DNA of 64,000 bases. Source: Candidatus Latescibacterota bacterium. GTDB taxonomy: Bacteria; Latescibacterota; UBA2968; UBA8231. Made by a program: the position numbers and the translations under genes. The DNA is taken from assembly GCA_964291625.2 (NCBI GenBank), contig OZ220090.1:256001-320000 (forward strand), given 5' to 3'. A model generated the notes under the pieces. It had not been told where the DNA came from and ran no database searches. It saw only the letters and a list, made by a program, of their open reading frames with translations. This document shows, piece by piece, positions 8,654 to 18,232 of the stretch (position 1 is the first letter of the stretch; every line of letters starts with the position of its first letter).

Positions 8654-9132
8654 CCGCGCCGTCTCCGGGGGGGCCTGACTTCCAGGTAGACCACCTGGCT
8701 CTCCTCGTCTATGATCAGCGGCGCCGGGTGCAGGCGCTGGCCGGCGTCGGCGGGAGGCCCGGAGAGGGCGACGCCGTCGGCGTCGAAGACGCCGTTGTGA
8801 CAGGGACAGAAGAAGCGCGCCCGCTGCGGCTGCCAGTGGACCTTGCATCCCAGGTGGGGGCAGGTCGAGCTGAAGGCCTGGAGGCCCTCCGGGGTGCGCC
8901 GCACCAGCACCTCGTTGCCCTCCAGGTCGAGGATGGTGCGCACCGTCCCGGGGGGGAAGGCCGCCACCGGCCCGACGAAGATCCGCCGCCGGGAGGCCCG
9001 GCGCGCGGGCAGGAGGAAGCCCAGGAACTGGCTCGCCAGGGTGCCGTACGCCGCCAGCAGGCCGGCGCCCATGAGCACCGACGCGAGCCACGAGCGGCGC
9101 GAGGGGCCGCCCTTGTCGCGCGTCTCCGTCAT
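8650..9132 (-). CDS. Rieske [2Fe-2S] subunit with Tat signal/anchor
   Basis: SRRSWL twin-arginine motif plus TM; CPHLGC and CPCH boxes. Confidence 0.95.
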   Translation of the reverse strand: MTETRDKGGPSRRSWLASVLMGAGLLAAYGTLASQFLGFLLPARRASRRRIFVGPVAAFPPGTVRTILDLEGNEVLVRRTPEGLQAFSSTCPHLGCKVHWQPQRARFFCPCHNGVFDADGVALSGPPADAGQRLHPAPLIIDEESQVVYLEVRPPRRRRG

Positions 9133-9167
9133 GCCATGTCCCTCGTCTCAATTAGGATGCGCAATTC

Positions 9168-10505
9168 TTGAACCGGCCGCACGTCCTCTACCTGCACTCC
9201 CACGACACCGGGCGTTACGTCGCTCCCTGCGGGTACGCCGTGCCAACGCCGCACTTGCAGCGGCTGGCCGGGGAGGGCGTCCTCTTCCGCCAGGCCTTCT
9301 GCGCCAACCCCACGTGCTCGCCGAGCCGGGCGAGCCTGCTCACCGGCCAGTGGGCCCACAGCTGCGGCATGGGCGGGCTCGTCAACCGCGGCTGGAGCCT
9401 GCCCCGGCCCGAGCGCCTGCTGCCGCGGGTCCTCGCCGCGGCGGGGTACCGCACGGTGCGCGCCGGCCTCCAGCACGTGGTCGCCGACCCCGCCGAAGGC
9501 GGGTACGAGCGCATCCTCGACGACGGCCGTCCCGTGGAGGAACGGGCCGCCGCCTTCCTGGGGGAGCGCCACGACCGCCCCTTCTTCCTCGACGTGGGCT
9601 TCACCGCCACCCATCGGCGCGGCCGGGGGTTCGACCCGCCGCCGGCAGGGGAGGAGCCCACCGACCCGCGCTTCGTGCAGCCCCCGGCGCCGCTGCCCGA
9701 CGCCCCGGAGATCCGCCGGGACATGGCGTCGTACATCGACGCGGCGCGCACCCTCGACCGGCAGATGGGGCGGGTCCTGGCGGCCCTGGAGGCCAGCGGC
9801 CTGCGCCGCGAGACGCTGGTGATCTGCACCACCGACCACGGCCTCGCCTTCCCGTGGATGAAGTGCCACCTCACCGACCACGGCCTGGGGGTGATGCTGA
9901 TCCTGCGCGGCCCCGGCGGCTTCGAGGGCGGCCGCGCCATCGACGGCCTGGCGAGCCAGATCGACCTCTTCCCGACGGTCTGCGAGGTGGCCGGCCTGGA
10001 GCGGCCGGACTGGCTCCAGGGCGTCTCCCTGCTGCCGCTGGTCGAGGGCCGGCGGCAGGTCCGGGAGGAGGTCTTCGCCGAGATCAACTACCACGTCTGC
10101 CACGAGCCCCAGCGGGCGGTGCGCACCCGCCGCTGGAAGTACATCCGCCGCCTGCACCCGCGGGCCCGTCCGCTCCTGCCCAACTGCGACGACAGCCCCA
10201 GCAAGGACTATCTCCTGGCCCGCGGCTGGGGCGAGCGCGAGGAGGCGTCCGAGAGGCTCTACGACCTGAACGCCGATCCCCTGGAGCAGCGCAACGTCGC
10301 CGCGGAGCCCGCCCACCGGCAGGCGCTGTCCGAGATGCGGGGACGCCTGCTGCGCTGGCAGCGGGAGACCGGCGATCCTCTCCTCGACCGGCCCTTCCTC
10401 GAGCCGCCGGCTTCGGCCGTCGTCGCCGACCCGGAAGCCCTGTCGCCGCGGACGGCGCCCACCTTCCCGGCGCGGGAGTTCCTGGAGGCGCGGGCCGGCG
10501 GGTGA
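9168..10505 (+). CDS. Sulfatase (Cys-type, formylglycine-dependent)
   Basis: CSPSRASLLTG signature, TTDHG, RLYDLNADPLEQRN. Confidence 0.95.
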   Translation: MNRPHVLYLHSHDTGRYVAPCGYAVPTPHLQRLAGEGVLFRQAFCANPTCSPSRASLLTGQWAHSCGMGGLVNRGWSLPRPERLLPRVLAAAGYRTVRAGLQHVVADPAEGGYERILDDGRPVEERAAAFLGERHDRPFFLDVGFTATHRRGRGFDPPPAGEEPTDPRFVQPPAPLPDAPEIRRDMASYIDAARTLDRQMGRVLAALEASGLRRETLVICTTDHGLAFPWMKCHLTDHGLGVMLILRGPGGFEGGRAIDGLASQIDLFPTVCEVAGLERPDWLQGVSLLPLVEGRRQVREEVFAEINYHVCHEPQRAVRTRRWKYIRRLHPRARPLLPNCDDSPSKDYLLARGWGEREEASERLYDLNADPLEQRNVAAEPAHRQALSEMRGRLLRWQRETGDPLLDRPFLEPPASAVVADPEALSPRTAPTFPAREFLEARAGG

Positions 10506-10690
10506 GCGGGTCGGGCGACAGACCCCCGACGGAGCGCCGGCCGGCTCGAGGCGCGGCGGGACCCTGAAGCCGGCCGTTGGCCCGTGGTCCGGTCCGGCGG
10601 GACTCGCCGACCGGTTCGCAGGGACGGCGGCCCTGGACCTATCCTTCCACAAACCAGCCTGCAATCGGCGGCATATCCAGGAGGAGTTCC

Positions 10691-11845
10691 GTGAAGATCA
10701 CCGATGTCGAAGTGATTCGTTTCCGCACGAGAAAGAGGGGCCGGGGCGCCGGGTCCCGCTGGGGCTACGGCGTCTGGAAGGGAGACGGCGGGGTCGAGAC
10801 CACCAGCTCGATCACCCGGATCTCCACCGACGAGGGAGTCAGGGGCCACATCCCGGGCGGCGACAAGAACAAGGTGGAGGGGTTCTTCAAGGGTCTGCTC
10901 GTCGGGGAGAACCCCCTGAACAGCGAGAAGATCTGGCACTGGATGGACCAGCAGTGCACCCGCAGCCACGGCCTCGGCGAGAACGAGATCGGCCAGATCG
11001 ACTGCGCCCTGTGGGACCTGAAGGGACAGATCGCCGGCGTGCCCGTCTACCAGCTCCTCGGGGGGACGCGCGAGAAGGTCGAGGCGTATGCCAGCACCGC
11101 TCCCAACCTCGGCGGGCCCGAGGACTACGCGGCCCTCGCGCGCAGCTGCGTGGAGCGCGGCTACAACGCCTTCAAGATCCACGCCAACATCTTCTGGAAC
11201 CCCCACACCCGGAAAGCAGCGCCCCAGCTGCCCGGCTTTCCCAAGGAGGACGTGGAGATCTGCCGCGCCGTGCGCGAAGCCGTGGGGGACGACATCACCC
11301 TGATGCTCGATCCCTTCGGGGTCTACACCCTGGAGGAGTCCCTGTGGGTGGCGCGGGAGCTGGAGGACCTCGACTTCTACTGGCTCGAGCACCCCATGGT
11401 GGAGACCCGGGTGGAGGCCTACCGCAAGCTGACGGAGCAGACGGAGATCGCCATCTGCTCGCCCGAGCACGTCGGCGGCGGCCCCTTCGCCCGGGCCGAG
11501 TGGCTGCTGCAGCGCGCCTGCGACATGGTGCGCATCGACGTCAACTACGGCGGCATTACCGGGTGCTGGAAGCTGATCAACCTCTGCCAGCTCTACGGCG
11601 CCCAGTGTGAGCTGCACTTCGTCGGGGCCCCGCACCTGCACCTGGCCTCGGCGGCGCCCCAGGCCACCTGCCGCTACTACGAGCGCGGCCTCCTGCGCGC
11701 CGAGCTCGACTACGAGGAGCTGCCGCCCCACCTGACGGCCCTGGCCGACCCCATGGACGAGGAGGGGTTCGTCCACGTGTCGCAGGAGCCGGGGCTGGGC
11801 ATCGCCTACGACTGGGACTTCATCGACGCGAACCGGGTTGACTGA
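10691..11845 (+). CDS. Mandelate racemase/muconate-lactonizing enzyme family (enolase superfamily), copy 1
   Basis: GGAGGAG RBS plus GTG start; IDCALWDLKG, PVYQLLGG, FKIH, MLD, WLEHP, PGLGI. Confidence 0.93.
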   Translation: MKITDVEVIRFRTRKRGRGAGSRWGYGVWKGDGGVETTSSITRISTDEGVRGHIPGGDKNKVEGFFKGLLVGENPLNSEKIWHWMDQQCTRSHGLGENEIGQIDCALWDLKGQIAGVPVYQLLGGTREKVEAYASTAPNLGGPEDYAALARSCVERGYNAFKIHANIFWNPHTRKAAPQLPGFPKEDVEICRAVREAVGDDITLMLDPFGVYTLEESLWVARELEDLDFYWLEHPMVETRVEAYRKLTEQTEIAICSPEHVGGGPFARAEWLLQRACDMVRIDVNYGGITGCWKLINLCQLYGAQCELHFVGAPHLHLASAAPQATCRYYERGLLRAELDYEELPPHLTALADPMDEEGFVHVSQEPGLGIAYDWDFIDANRVD

Positions 11846-11882
11846 CGGCGCCTGCCGTCCGCAGCCATTCCAGGAGGATCCC

Positions 11883-12992
11883 GTGAAGATCACCGACGTG
11901 GAAGTGATTCGGTTCCGCACGAGAAGGCAGGGCCGGGGAGAGACCACCAGCTCGATCATCCGGATCTCCACCGACGAAGGAGTCCGAGGTCACGTCCCCG
12001 GCGGCGACGACAAGGGCCGGGTGGAGGGGTTCTTCAAGGGTCTGCTCGTCGGGGAAGACCCCCTGAACAGCGAGAAGATCTGGCACCGGATGGACCAGCG
12101 GTGCACCACCGGCCGCGGCCTCGGGGAGCTTGACATGGGGCAGATCGACTGCGCCCTGTGGGACCTGAAGGGACAGATCGCCGGCATGCCCGTCTACCAG
12201 ATCCTCGGCGGGACCCGCGAGAAGGTCGAGGCCTACGCAAGCACCGCTCCCGACCTCGGCGGGCCCGAGGTCTACGAGGCCCTCGCCCGCAGCTGCGTGG
12301 ACCGCGGCTACCGCGCCTTCAAGATCCACGCCAACATCTTCCGGAACCCCCACACCCGGGAGTCGGTGCGCCAGCAGCCCGGCTTTCCCAAGGAGGACGT
12401 GGAGATCTGCCGCGCCGTGCGCGAGGCCGTGGGCGACGACATCACCCTGATGCTCGATCCCTTCGGGGTCTACACCCTGGAGGAGTCCCTGTGGGTGGCT
12501 CGGGAGCTGGAGGAGCTCGACTTCTACTGGCTCGAGCACCCCATGGTGGAGACCCGGGTGGAGGCCTACCGCAAGCTGACGGAGCAGACCCGGATCGCCA
12601 TCTGCTCGCCCGAGCACGTCGGCGGCGGCCCCTTCGCCCGGGCCGAGTGGCTGTTGCAGCGCGCCTGCGACATGGTGCGCATCGACGTCAACTACGGCGG
12701 CATCACCGGATGCTGGAAGCTGATCAACCTGTGTCAGCTCTACGGCGCCCAGTGCGAGCTGCACTACGTCGGGGCCCCGCACCTGCACCTGGCCGCGGCT
12801 GCGCCCCAGGCGACCTGCCGCTACTACGAGCGCGGTCTGCTGCGCGCCGAGCTCGACTACGAGTGGGTGCCGCCCCACCTGACGGCCCTGGCCGACCCCA
12901 TGGACGACGACGGGTTCGTCCACGTGTCCCAGGAGCCGGGGCTGGGCATCGCCTACGACTGGGGCTACATCGAAGCCAACTTGGTGGACTGA
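11883..12992 (+). CDS. Mandelate racemase/MLE family, tandem copy 2
   Basis: Near-identical to 10691-11845 but lacks a 16-residue N-terminal loop. Confidence 0.93.
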   Translation: MKITDVEVIRFRTRRQGRGETTSSIIRISTDEGVRGHVPGGDDKGRVEGFFKGLLVGEDPLNSEKIWHRMDQRCTTGRGLGELDMGQIDCALWDLKGQIAGMPVYQILGGTREKVEAYASTAPDLGGPEVYEALARSCVDRGYRAFKIHANIFRNPHTRESVRQQPGFPKEDVEICRAVREAVGDDITLMLDPFGVYTLEESLWVARELEELDFYWLEHPMVETRVEAYRKLTEQTRIAICSPEHVGGGPFARAEWLLQRACDMVRIDVNYGGITGCWKLINLCQLYGAQCELHYVGAPHLHLAAAAPQATCRYYERGLLRAELDYEWVPPHLTALADPMDDDGFVHVSQEPGLGIAYDWGYIEANLVD

Positions 12993-13216
12993 GGGCGCTG
13001 CACCACGCCGCCTTCGACCGGCACTTCGTCGGCATCCGGGCCGACTACCGGGTCGAGGTGCGGGCCGACATCCGCGGCGAGTCCGACGGCCCCATGCTGC
13101 GCCACGGGCTGCAGGGCCTGCACGGGCAGCGGATCCAGTTGCCGCGCCCCTCGGAGCAGAGGCCCGACCCGGAGCGTCTGGCGCGACGTTACGAGCGCTT
13201 CCGGGCGGCGGGGTGA
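12993..13216 (+). pseudogene. C-terminal fragment of an HNH restriction-type endonuclease
   Basis: LHHAAFDRHFVGIRADYRVEVRADIRGESDGPMLRHGLQGLHG...RPDPERLARRYERF-stop. No start codon; the N-terminal part is missing. Confidence 0.75.
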
Positions 13217-13360
13217 GAGCGTGAGCCGCGAAAGGGTCGAGGCGGGTCCGAACCTCGCGCTGCCGATCTCGTCCCGCAGGGAATAGCGGGGCTCCTCCCG
13301 CCCTGGGCCGAGCGCCGCGTGCGGCTCTGTCGAGCGGCTGCGTTCGGTCTCGCCCCTCCG

Positions 13361-13395
13361 TTGACAGTGCTCCCCCCGCCCTCGATCCTGGAATC
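13361..13395 (+). promoter_or_regulatory. Putative sigma70-type promoter for a leaderless transcript
   Basis: TTGACA-17nt-GATCCT-6nt-ATG with no SD; conserved in the duplicate at 15164-15198. Confidence 0.55.
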
Positions 13396-14955
13396 ATGCT
13401 CCTCGCCCTGACCCGGAAAGAGCTGCTCACCAACCTGCTCACGGCGCGGCTGGCGCTGATCCTGGTCTTCGCGGTGCTCCTCTGCGGGCTGGCCGCCCTG
13501 GCCGGCAGCCTCGATTTCTCGCAGCGGGTGAAGGACTACGAGGAGGAGGTGCGGCGGGTCGAGCAGGACCTCGAGGAAGCGACGATCTACGCCGAGGTCC
13601 GGCCTCACGTGGTCGCCCCGCCGGAGCCGCTGTCGATCTTCAGCCGCGGCGTCGACAAGGGCGCCGGCCAGCGCCTGGGCATCCAGGTGCACTGGGTCGC
13701 AGCCGAGCTGACGCGCCTCGGCAGCGCCGACAACCGGCTCATGAAGCGGTTCGTCGAGATCGACTTCGCCACCGTGGTGCGGCTCCTCGTGAGCTTCATG
13801 GCCGTCGTCCTGGGCTTCGACGCCATCTGCGGCGAGCGCGAGCGGGGCACCTTGCGCCTGATGCTGGCCAACCCCGTCTCCCGGGGCGTCGTGGTGGGGG
13901 GGAAGCTCCTCGGGGGCGCCCTCTCCCTGTGCGGCTCCATGGCCGTGGCCTTCCTCTTCGCCCTGCTCATCCTCTCCTTCAACCCGGACATCGCCTTCTC
14001 CGGCCAGGAGTGGGCGCGCCTGGCCATCCTCTTCGGCGTCAGCTGTCTCTTCCTGGTGCAGGTCTTCGCCATGAGCCTGGCCGTCTCCACCTTCGTGCGC
14101 GGCTCGGCCACCTCCCTCATGCTCTGCCTCTTCGGCTGGCTGAGCCTGAACCTGGGCTACGGCAACGTGCTGCCTTCCCTGAGCCGCTACGGCGTTCAGG
14201 AGCACACCTACCAGGACTTCCTCGACCAGAACAGCGAGGTTTGGCAGGAGTACGCGCGCGAGCTGGCGGAGTGGAGGAGCAGGAACCCGCTGCCGCCCGA
14301 GGTCTACCTGCGGGACATCACCGCCGGCGCCCGGAGACGGTACGGCCATCCCAGGGGCAACGCCTGGCGGGTGCGCTACGGCGTCCAGGTGCTGGAGCGA
14401 CAGCTCAGGAACTCGCGCCGGATCAACCAGTTCGAGCAGGCCAACTACGCGCCCCTGGCGCGCGAGGCGACCCTGGTCGACGACTGGTCGATCCTCTCGC
14501 CGTTCACCAACTACCAGGTCCTCACCAAACAGCTGGCCCGCACGACGCTGGCCCACAAGTTCCAGCTGCGCGAGGCGGGCTACCGCTACCGGGCCACCTT
14601 CATCGACTTCCTGCGCGGGCGGGAGGCGTTCGGGAGCCGCCGCTGGTTCACCGACGATCCGCCCGGGCAGGAGCCCCTGCTGCCCGACCCGGAGGCCCTG
14701 ACGCCGGAGGATCTGGCCGCCGACAGCCCCTTCATGAAGGAGCGCATGGCCTGGGTCAAACAGCAGGAGGCGATCGCCGCCCGGCAGGGGCGCCGCCTCG
14801 ACCTGTCCGACCTGCTGGCCTTCGACCCGGGCTGGCGCGAGCCCCTGTCGGCGACCCTGCGGCAGATGACGCCGGGTCTGCTGGTGATGGTGCTGACCAC
14901 GGCGGCGGCGGTGATGCTCGCCGTCCTCCGCTTCCTCCGCTACGACCCGAGTTGA
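13396..14955 (+). CDS. ABC-2 type transporter permease with large extracytoplasmic loops, copy 1
   Basis: RKELLTNL N-terminus, FDAICGERERGTLRLMLANPVSR motif, multiple TM helices, FLRYD C-terminus. Confidence 0.88.
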   Translation: MLLALTRKELLTNLLTARLALILVFAVLLCGLAALAGSLDFSQRVKDYEEEVRRVEQDLEEATIYAEVRPHVVAPPEPLSIFSRGVDKGAGQRLGIQVHWVAAELTRLGSADNRLMKRFVEIDFATVVRLLVSFMAVVLGFDAICGERERGTLRLMLANPVSRGVVVGGKLLGGALSLCGSMAVAFLFALLILSFNPDIAFSGQEWARLAILFGVSCLFLVQVFAMSLAVSTFVRGSATSLMLCLFGWLSLNLGYGNVLPSLSRYGVQEHTYQDFLDQNSEVWQEYARELAEWRSRNPLPPEVYLRDITAGARRRYGHPRGNAWRVRYGVQVLERQLRNSRRINQFEQANYAPLAREATLVDDWSILSPFTNYQVLTKQLARTTLAHKFQLREAGYRYRATFIDFLRGREAFGSRRWFTDDPPGQEPLLPDPEALTPEDLAADSPFMKERMAWVKQQEAIAARQGRRLDLSDLLAFDPGWREPLSATLRQMTPGLLVMVLTTAAAVMLAVLRFLRYDPS

Positions 14956-15163
14956 GGGATCCACGACCACCTGAAGTCGCCGCGCTTCCGGGCGGCGGGG
15001 CAGGTCCGGGGCGGACGACCGCGCCCCGGGATGAAGGGCAGGCTCGCTCCGCCAGGCCACAATCCGGCCGTCAGGAGGACGGTCTGCAGCGCGGTGTTCC
15101 TCGATGGGACAGGGATACCTCGGGCCGCGCGGTGCAACTGTCAGGGCGAGGCCTCCGCCTCTG

Positions 15164-15198
15164 TTGACAATGTTCCCCTTGCCCTCGACCCTGGAATC
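15164..15198 (+). promoter_or_regulatory. Duplicate putative leaderless promoter
   Basis: TTGACA-17nt-GACCCT-6nt-ATG. Confidence 0.5.
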
Positions 15199-16758
15199 AT
15201 GCTCCTGGCCCTGACCCGGAAAGAGCTGCTCGCCAACCTGCTCACGGCGCGGCTGGCGCTGATCCTGGTCTTCGCGGTGCTCCTCTGCGGGCTGGCGGCC
15301 CTGGCGGGCAGCCTCGACTTCTCCCAGCGGGTGAAGGACTACGAGGAGGAGGTGCGGCGGGTCGAGCAGGATCTCGAGGAGGCGACGATCTACGCCGAGG
15401 TCCGGCCCCACGTCGTCGGCCCGCCTGAGCCGCTGTCGATCTTCAGCCGCGGCGTCGACAAGGGCGCCGGCCAGCGCCTGAGCATCCAGGTGAGCTGGAT
15501 CAGCGCCAGCCTGGGCCGCCTCGGCAGCGCCGACAACCGGCTGATGAAGCGGTTCGTCGAGATCGACTTCGCCACCGTCGTGCGCCTGCTCCTGAGCTTC
15601 ATGGCCGTCATCCTCGGCTTCGACGCCATCTGCGGCGACCGCGAGCGGGGCACCCTGCGCCTGATGCTGGCCAATCCCGTCTCCCGGGGCGCCGTCGTGG
15701 GCGGCAAGCTGCTGGGGGGCGCCCTCTCCCTGTGCGGCTCCATGGGCGTGGCCTTCCTCTTCGCCCTGCTCATCCTCTCCTTCAACCCGGACGTGGCCTT
15801 CTCCGGCGCCGAGTGGGTGCGGCTGGCCCTGCTCCTCGGCGTCAGCTGTCTCTTCCTGGTGCAGGTCTTCGCCATGAGCCTGGCCGTCTCCACCTTCGTG
15901 CGCGGCTCGGCCACCTCCCTCATGCTCTGCCTCTTCGGCTGGCTGACCCTGAACCTGGGCTACGGCAACGTGCTGCCGTCCCTGAGCCGCTACGGCGTTC
16001 AGGAGCACACCTTCCAGGACTTCCTCGACCAGAACCGCCAGGTGCGGGCCGAGGTCGACCGGGAGATCCGGGAGTGGCAGGAGAAGAACCCCCCTCCTCC
16101 CGAGATCTACCTGCGCGACATCACCACCGGCGCCCGCAGCCGTTACGGGCATTCGCGCGCTTACGAGTGGCGGCAGCGCCGCAACGCCTATGCCCTGGAG
16201 CAGCACCTGGACGCCTCGCGCCGGATCAACCAGTTCCAGCAGGCCAACTACGCGCCCCTGGCGCGCGAGGCGACCCTGGTCGACGACTGGTCGATTCTCT
16301 CGCCCTTCACCAACTACCAGGTCCTCACCAAGCAGCTGGCCCGCACGACGCTGGCTCACAAGTTCCAGCTGCGCGAGGCCGGCTACCGCTACCGGGCCAC
16401 CTTCATCGACTTCCTGCGCGGGCGGGAGGCGTTCGGGAGCCGCCGCTGGTTCACCGACGATCCGCCCGGGCAGGAGCCCCTGCTGCCCGACCCGGAGGCC
16501 CTGACGCCGGAGGATCTGGCCGCCGACAGCCCCTTCATGAAGGAGCGCATGGCCTGGGTCAAACAGCAGGAGGCGATCGCCGCCCGGCAGGGGCGTGGGC
16601 CGGACCTGTCCGACCTGCCGGCCTTCGACCCGGGCTGGCGCGAGCCCCTGTCGGCGACCCTGCGAAAGATGACGCCGGGTCTGCTGGTGACGGTGCTGAC
16701 CACGGCGGCGGCGGTGATGCTCGCCGTCCTCCGCTTCCTCCGCTACGACCCGAGCTGA
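15199..16758 (+). CDS. ABC-2 type transporter permease, tandem copy 2
   Basis: Same length as 13396-14955 and near-identical to it; start assigned by alignment. Confidence 0.88.
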   Translation: MLLALTRKELLANLLTARLALILVFAVLLCGLAALAGSLDFSQRVKDYEEEVRRVEQDLEEATIYAEVRPHVVGPPEPLSIFSRGVDKGAGQRLSIQVSWISASLGRLGSADNRLMKRFVEIDFATVVRLLLSFMAVILGFDAICGDRERGTLRLMLANPVSRGAVVGGKLLGGALSLCGSMGVAFLFALLILSFNPDVAFSGAEWVRLALLLGVSCLFLVQVFAMSLAVSTFVRGSATSLMLCLFGWLTLNLGYGNVLPSLSRYGVQEHTFQDFLDQNRQVRAEVDREIREWQEKNPPPPEIYLRDITTGARSRYGHSRAYEWRQRRNAYALEQHLDASRRINQFQQANYAPLAREATLVDDWSILSPFTNYQVLTKQLARTTLAHKFQLREAGYRYRATFIDFLRGREAFGSRRWFTDDPPGQEPLLPDPEALTPEDLAADSPFMKERMAWVKQQEAIAARQGRGPDLSDLPAFDPGWREPLSATLRKMTPGLLVTVLTTAAAVMLAVLRFLRYDPS

Positions 16759-16765
16759 GGGCCCC

Positions 16766-18163
16766 ATGCTCGAGATCTACCTCCACCAGCTCCACGATCA
16801 CCTGAAGTCGCTGCGCTTCCAGCTCAGCCTGGTCCTGCTCGTCGCCTTCTTCGCCGCCAACGGCCTGGTCTACGGCTGGAAGGCGGAGCGCCTTGTCGAC
16901 GAGGTCGGCCGCGTCGAGGCCGAGAGCGCCCGGCGTTTCGACGGGGTGTCCGACCTGGGCGGGCTGCTGCGCACCTCGTACCGCATCCACATGCGGCCCC
17001 TGGAGACCGGCTTCATGGTCGAGGGAGGGGAGGACTGGAGCTCCGACACGGTCTACCTCGACATCGAGTCCGGAGACGGGATCGCCCGCACCGGCCGGGT
17101 GGTGGCGGTCAACCACTGGATGGACCGCTTCGAGATCGTCGACTGGGCCCTGATCGTGCGCATCGCCGTCTCCTTCCTGGCCATCGCCCTGGCCTACGAC
17201 ACCCTCTCCGGCGAGCGCGAGCGCGGCACCCTGGCGCTGCTGCTGATCCACCCGATCTCCCGGGCCCGGATCGTCGCCGCCAAGCTGGGGGCCCACCTGA
17301 GCGCGCTGCTGGCCGCGGTCCTCGTGGGCGCGGTCCTGAGCCTCGTCATCCTGACGCTGCAGGGCGGGGTGCAACCCGGCCTCCCGCTCCTGGCCCCCCT
17401 GGCCCTGTTCCTGCTGGGCACCCTCTGCTACGCCGCCTTCTTCCTGCTGGTGGCCATGGCCGTCTCGGCCCGGGCCCGCACCTCGGCTTCGGCCCTGGTG
17501 ACGCTCATGGTGATCTGGGCGGCCCTGGTGGTGGTCATCCCCCAGGCCGCCTACCTCGCCGGCGCAAGGGCCGTGGCCGCGCCCGACTGGAACCAGGTGT
17601 GGGACTACTGGGGCGAGGTCCGGGACAACCTGAACCTGGAGGGCCTGAACCCGAGGGGGCGCGAGGAAGGGGCCGCCGACGACTACGCCGTCGAGCGCGA
17701 GGTCGCCCGGCGCCTCGACGAGGCCGAGAAGGAGCAGCGCCAGCTCTACGAGGAAGCCCGCCTGCGCGAGGTCCGCCAGTTCGAGGTCACCCAGGGGCTG
17801 TCCCTGATCTCTCCGGGCTACGCCTTCCAGGGCACGGCCGAGGCCCTCCTCGGCACCGGCCTGGTGCGCTACCGGGCCTTCGTCAAGGCGGCCAAGGAGT
17901 ACGTGCGCACCCTGCGCACCTACGTCCGCGACCTCGACGCCGCCGACGGGGACTCTCCCCACATCCTCTACCTGCCCGACTACGTCTCCGAGAGGCCCCT
18001 CGACCACCGCGACATCCCCCGCTTCGGGGGCGTGCGGGTCTCCCTGGCGTCCGCCGTGGCCGGCAGCTACCTGCCGATCTGCATCCTGCTGCTGGAGACG
18101 GCCGCCGCCTTCCTGATCTGCCTCTGGGCCTTCCGGCGCGCTCCCGTGGTGGACCGGGAGTGA
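16766..18163 (+). CDS. ABC-2 type transporter permease (divergent partner)
   Basis: YDTLSGERERGTLALLL motif and TM pattern. Confidence 0.88.
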   Translation: MLEIYLHQLHDHLKSLRFQLSLVLLVAFFAANGLVYGWKAERLVDEVGRVEAESARRFDGVSDLGGLLRTSYRIHMRPLETGFMVEGGEDWSSDTVYLDIESGDGIARTGRVVAVNHWMDRFEIVDWALIVRIAVSFLAIALAYDTLSGERERGTLALLLIHPISRARIVAAKLGAHLSALLAAVLVGAVLSLVILTLQGGVQPGLPLLAPLALFLLGTLCYAAFFLLVAMAVSARARTSASALVTLMVIWAALVVVIPQAAYLAGARAVAAPDWNQVWDYWGEVRDNLNLEGLNPRGREEGAADDYAVEREVARRLDEAEKEQRQLYEEARLREVRQFEVTQGLSLISPGYAFQGTAEALLGTGLVRYRAFVKAAKEYVRTLRTYVRDLDAADGDSPHILYLPDYVSERPLDHRDIPRFGGVRVSLASAVAGSYLPICILLLETAAAFLICLWAFRRAPVVDRE

Positions 18164-18232
18164 GATCCGGACCCTCGGCCCCAGGATACCGCTGACCACC
18201 GTGCATCCGACCGCAAGAGAGAGGAGAAGTCC

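Noticed and set aside
9133-9167. 35-bp AT-richer gap between the divergent Rieske and sulfatase genes as a regulator site
   Set aside because: Only AATT...AATT symmetry; I could not match it to a known box.
13396-16758. Near-identical permease copies as a DGR template/variable pair
   Set aside because: Both are full ORFs, the differences are not adenine-specific, and there is no reverse transcriptase.
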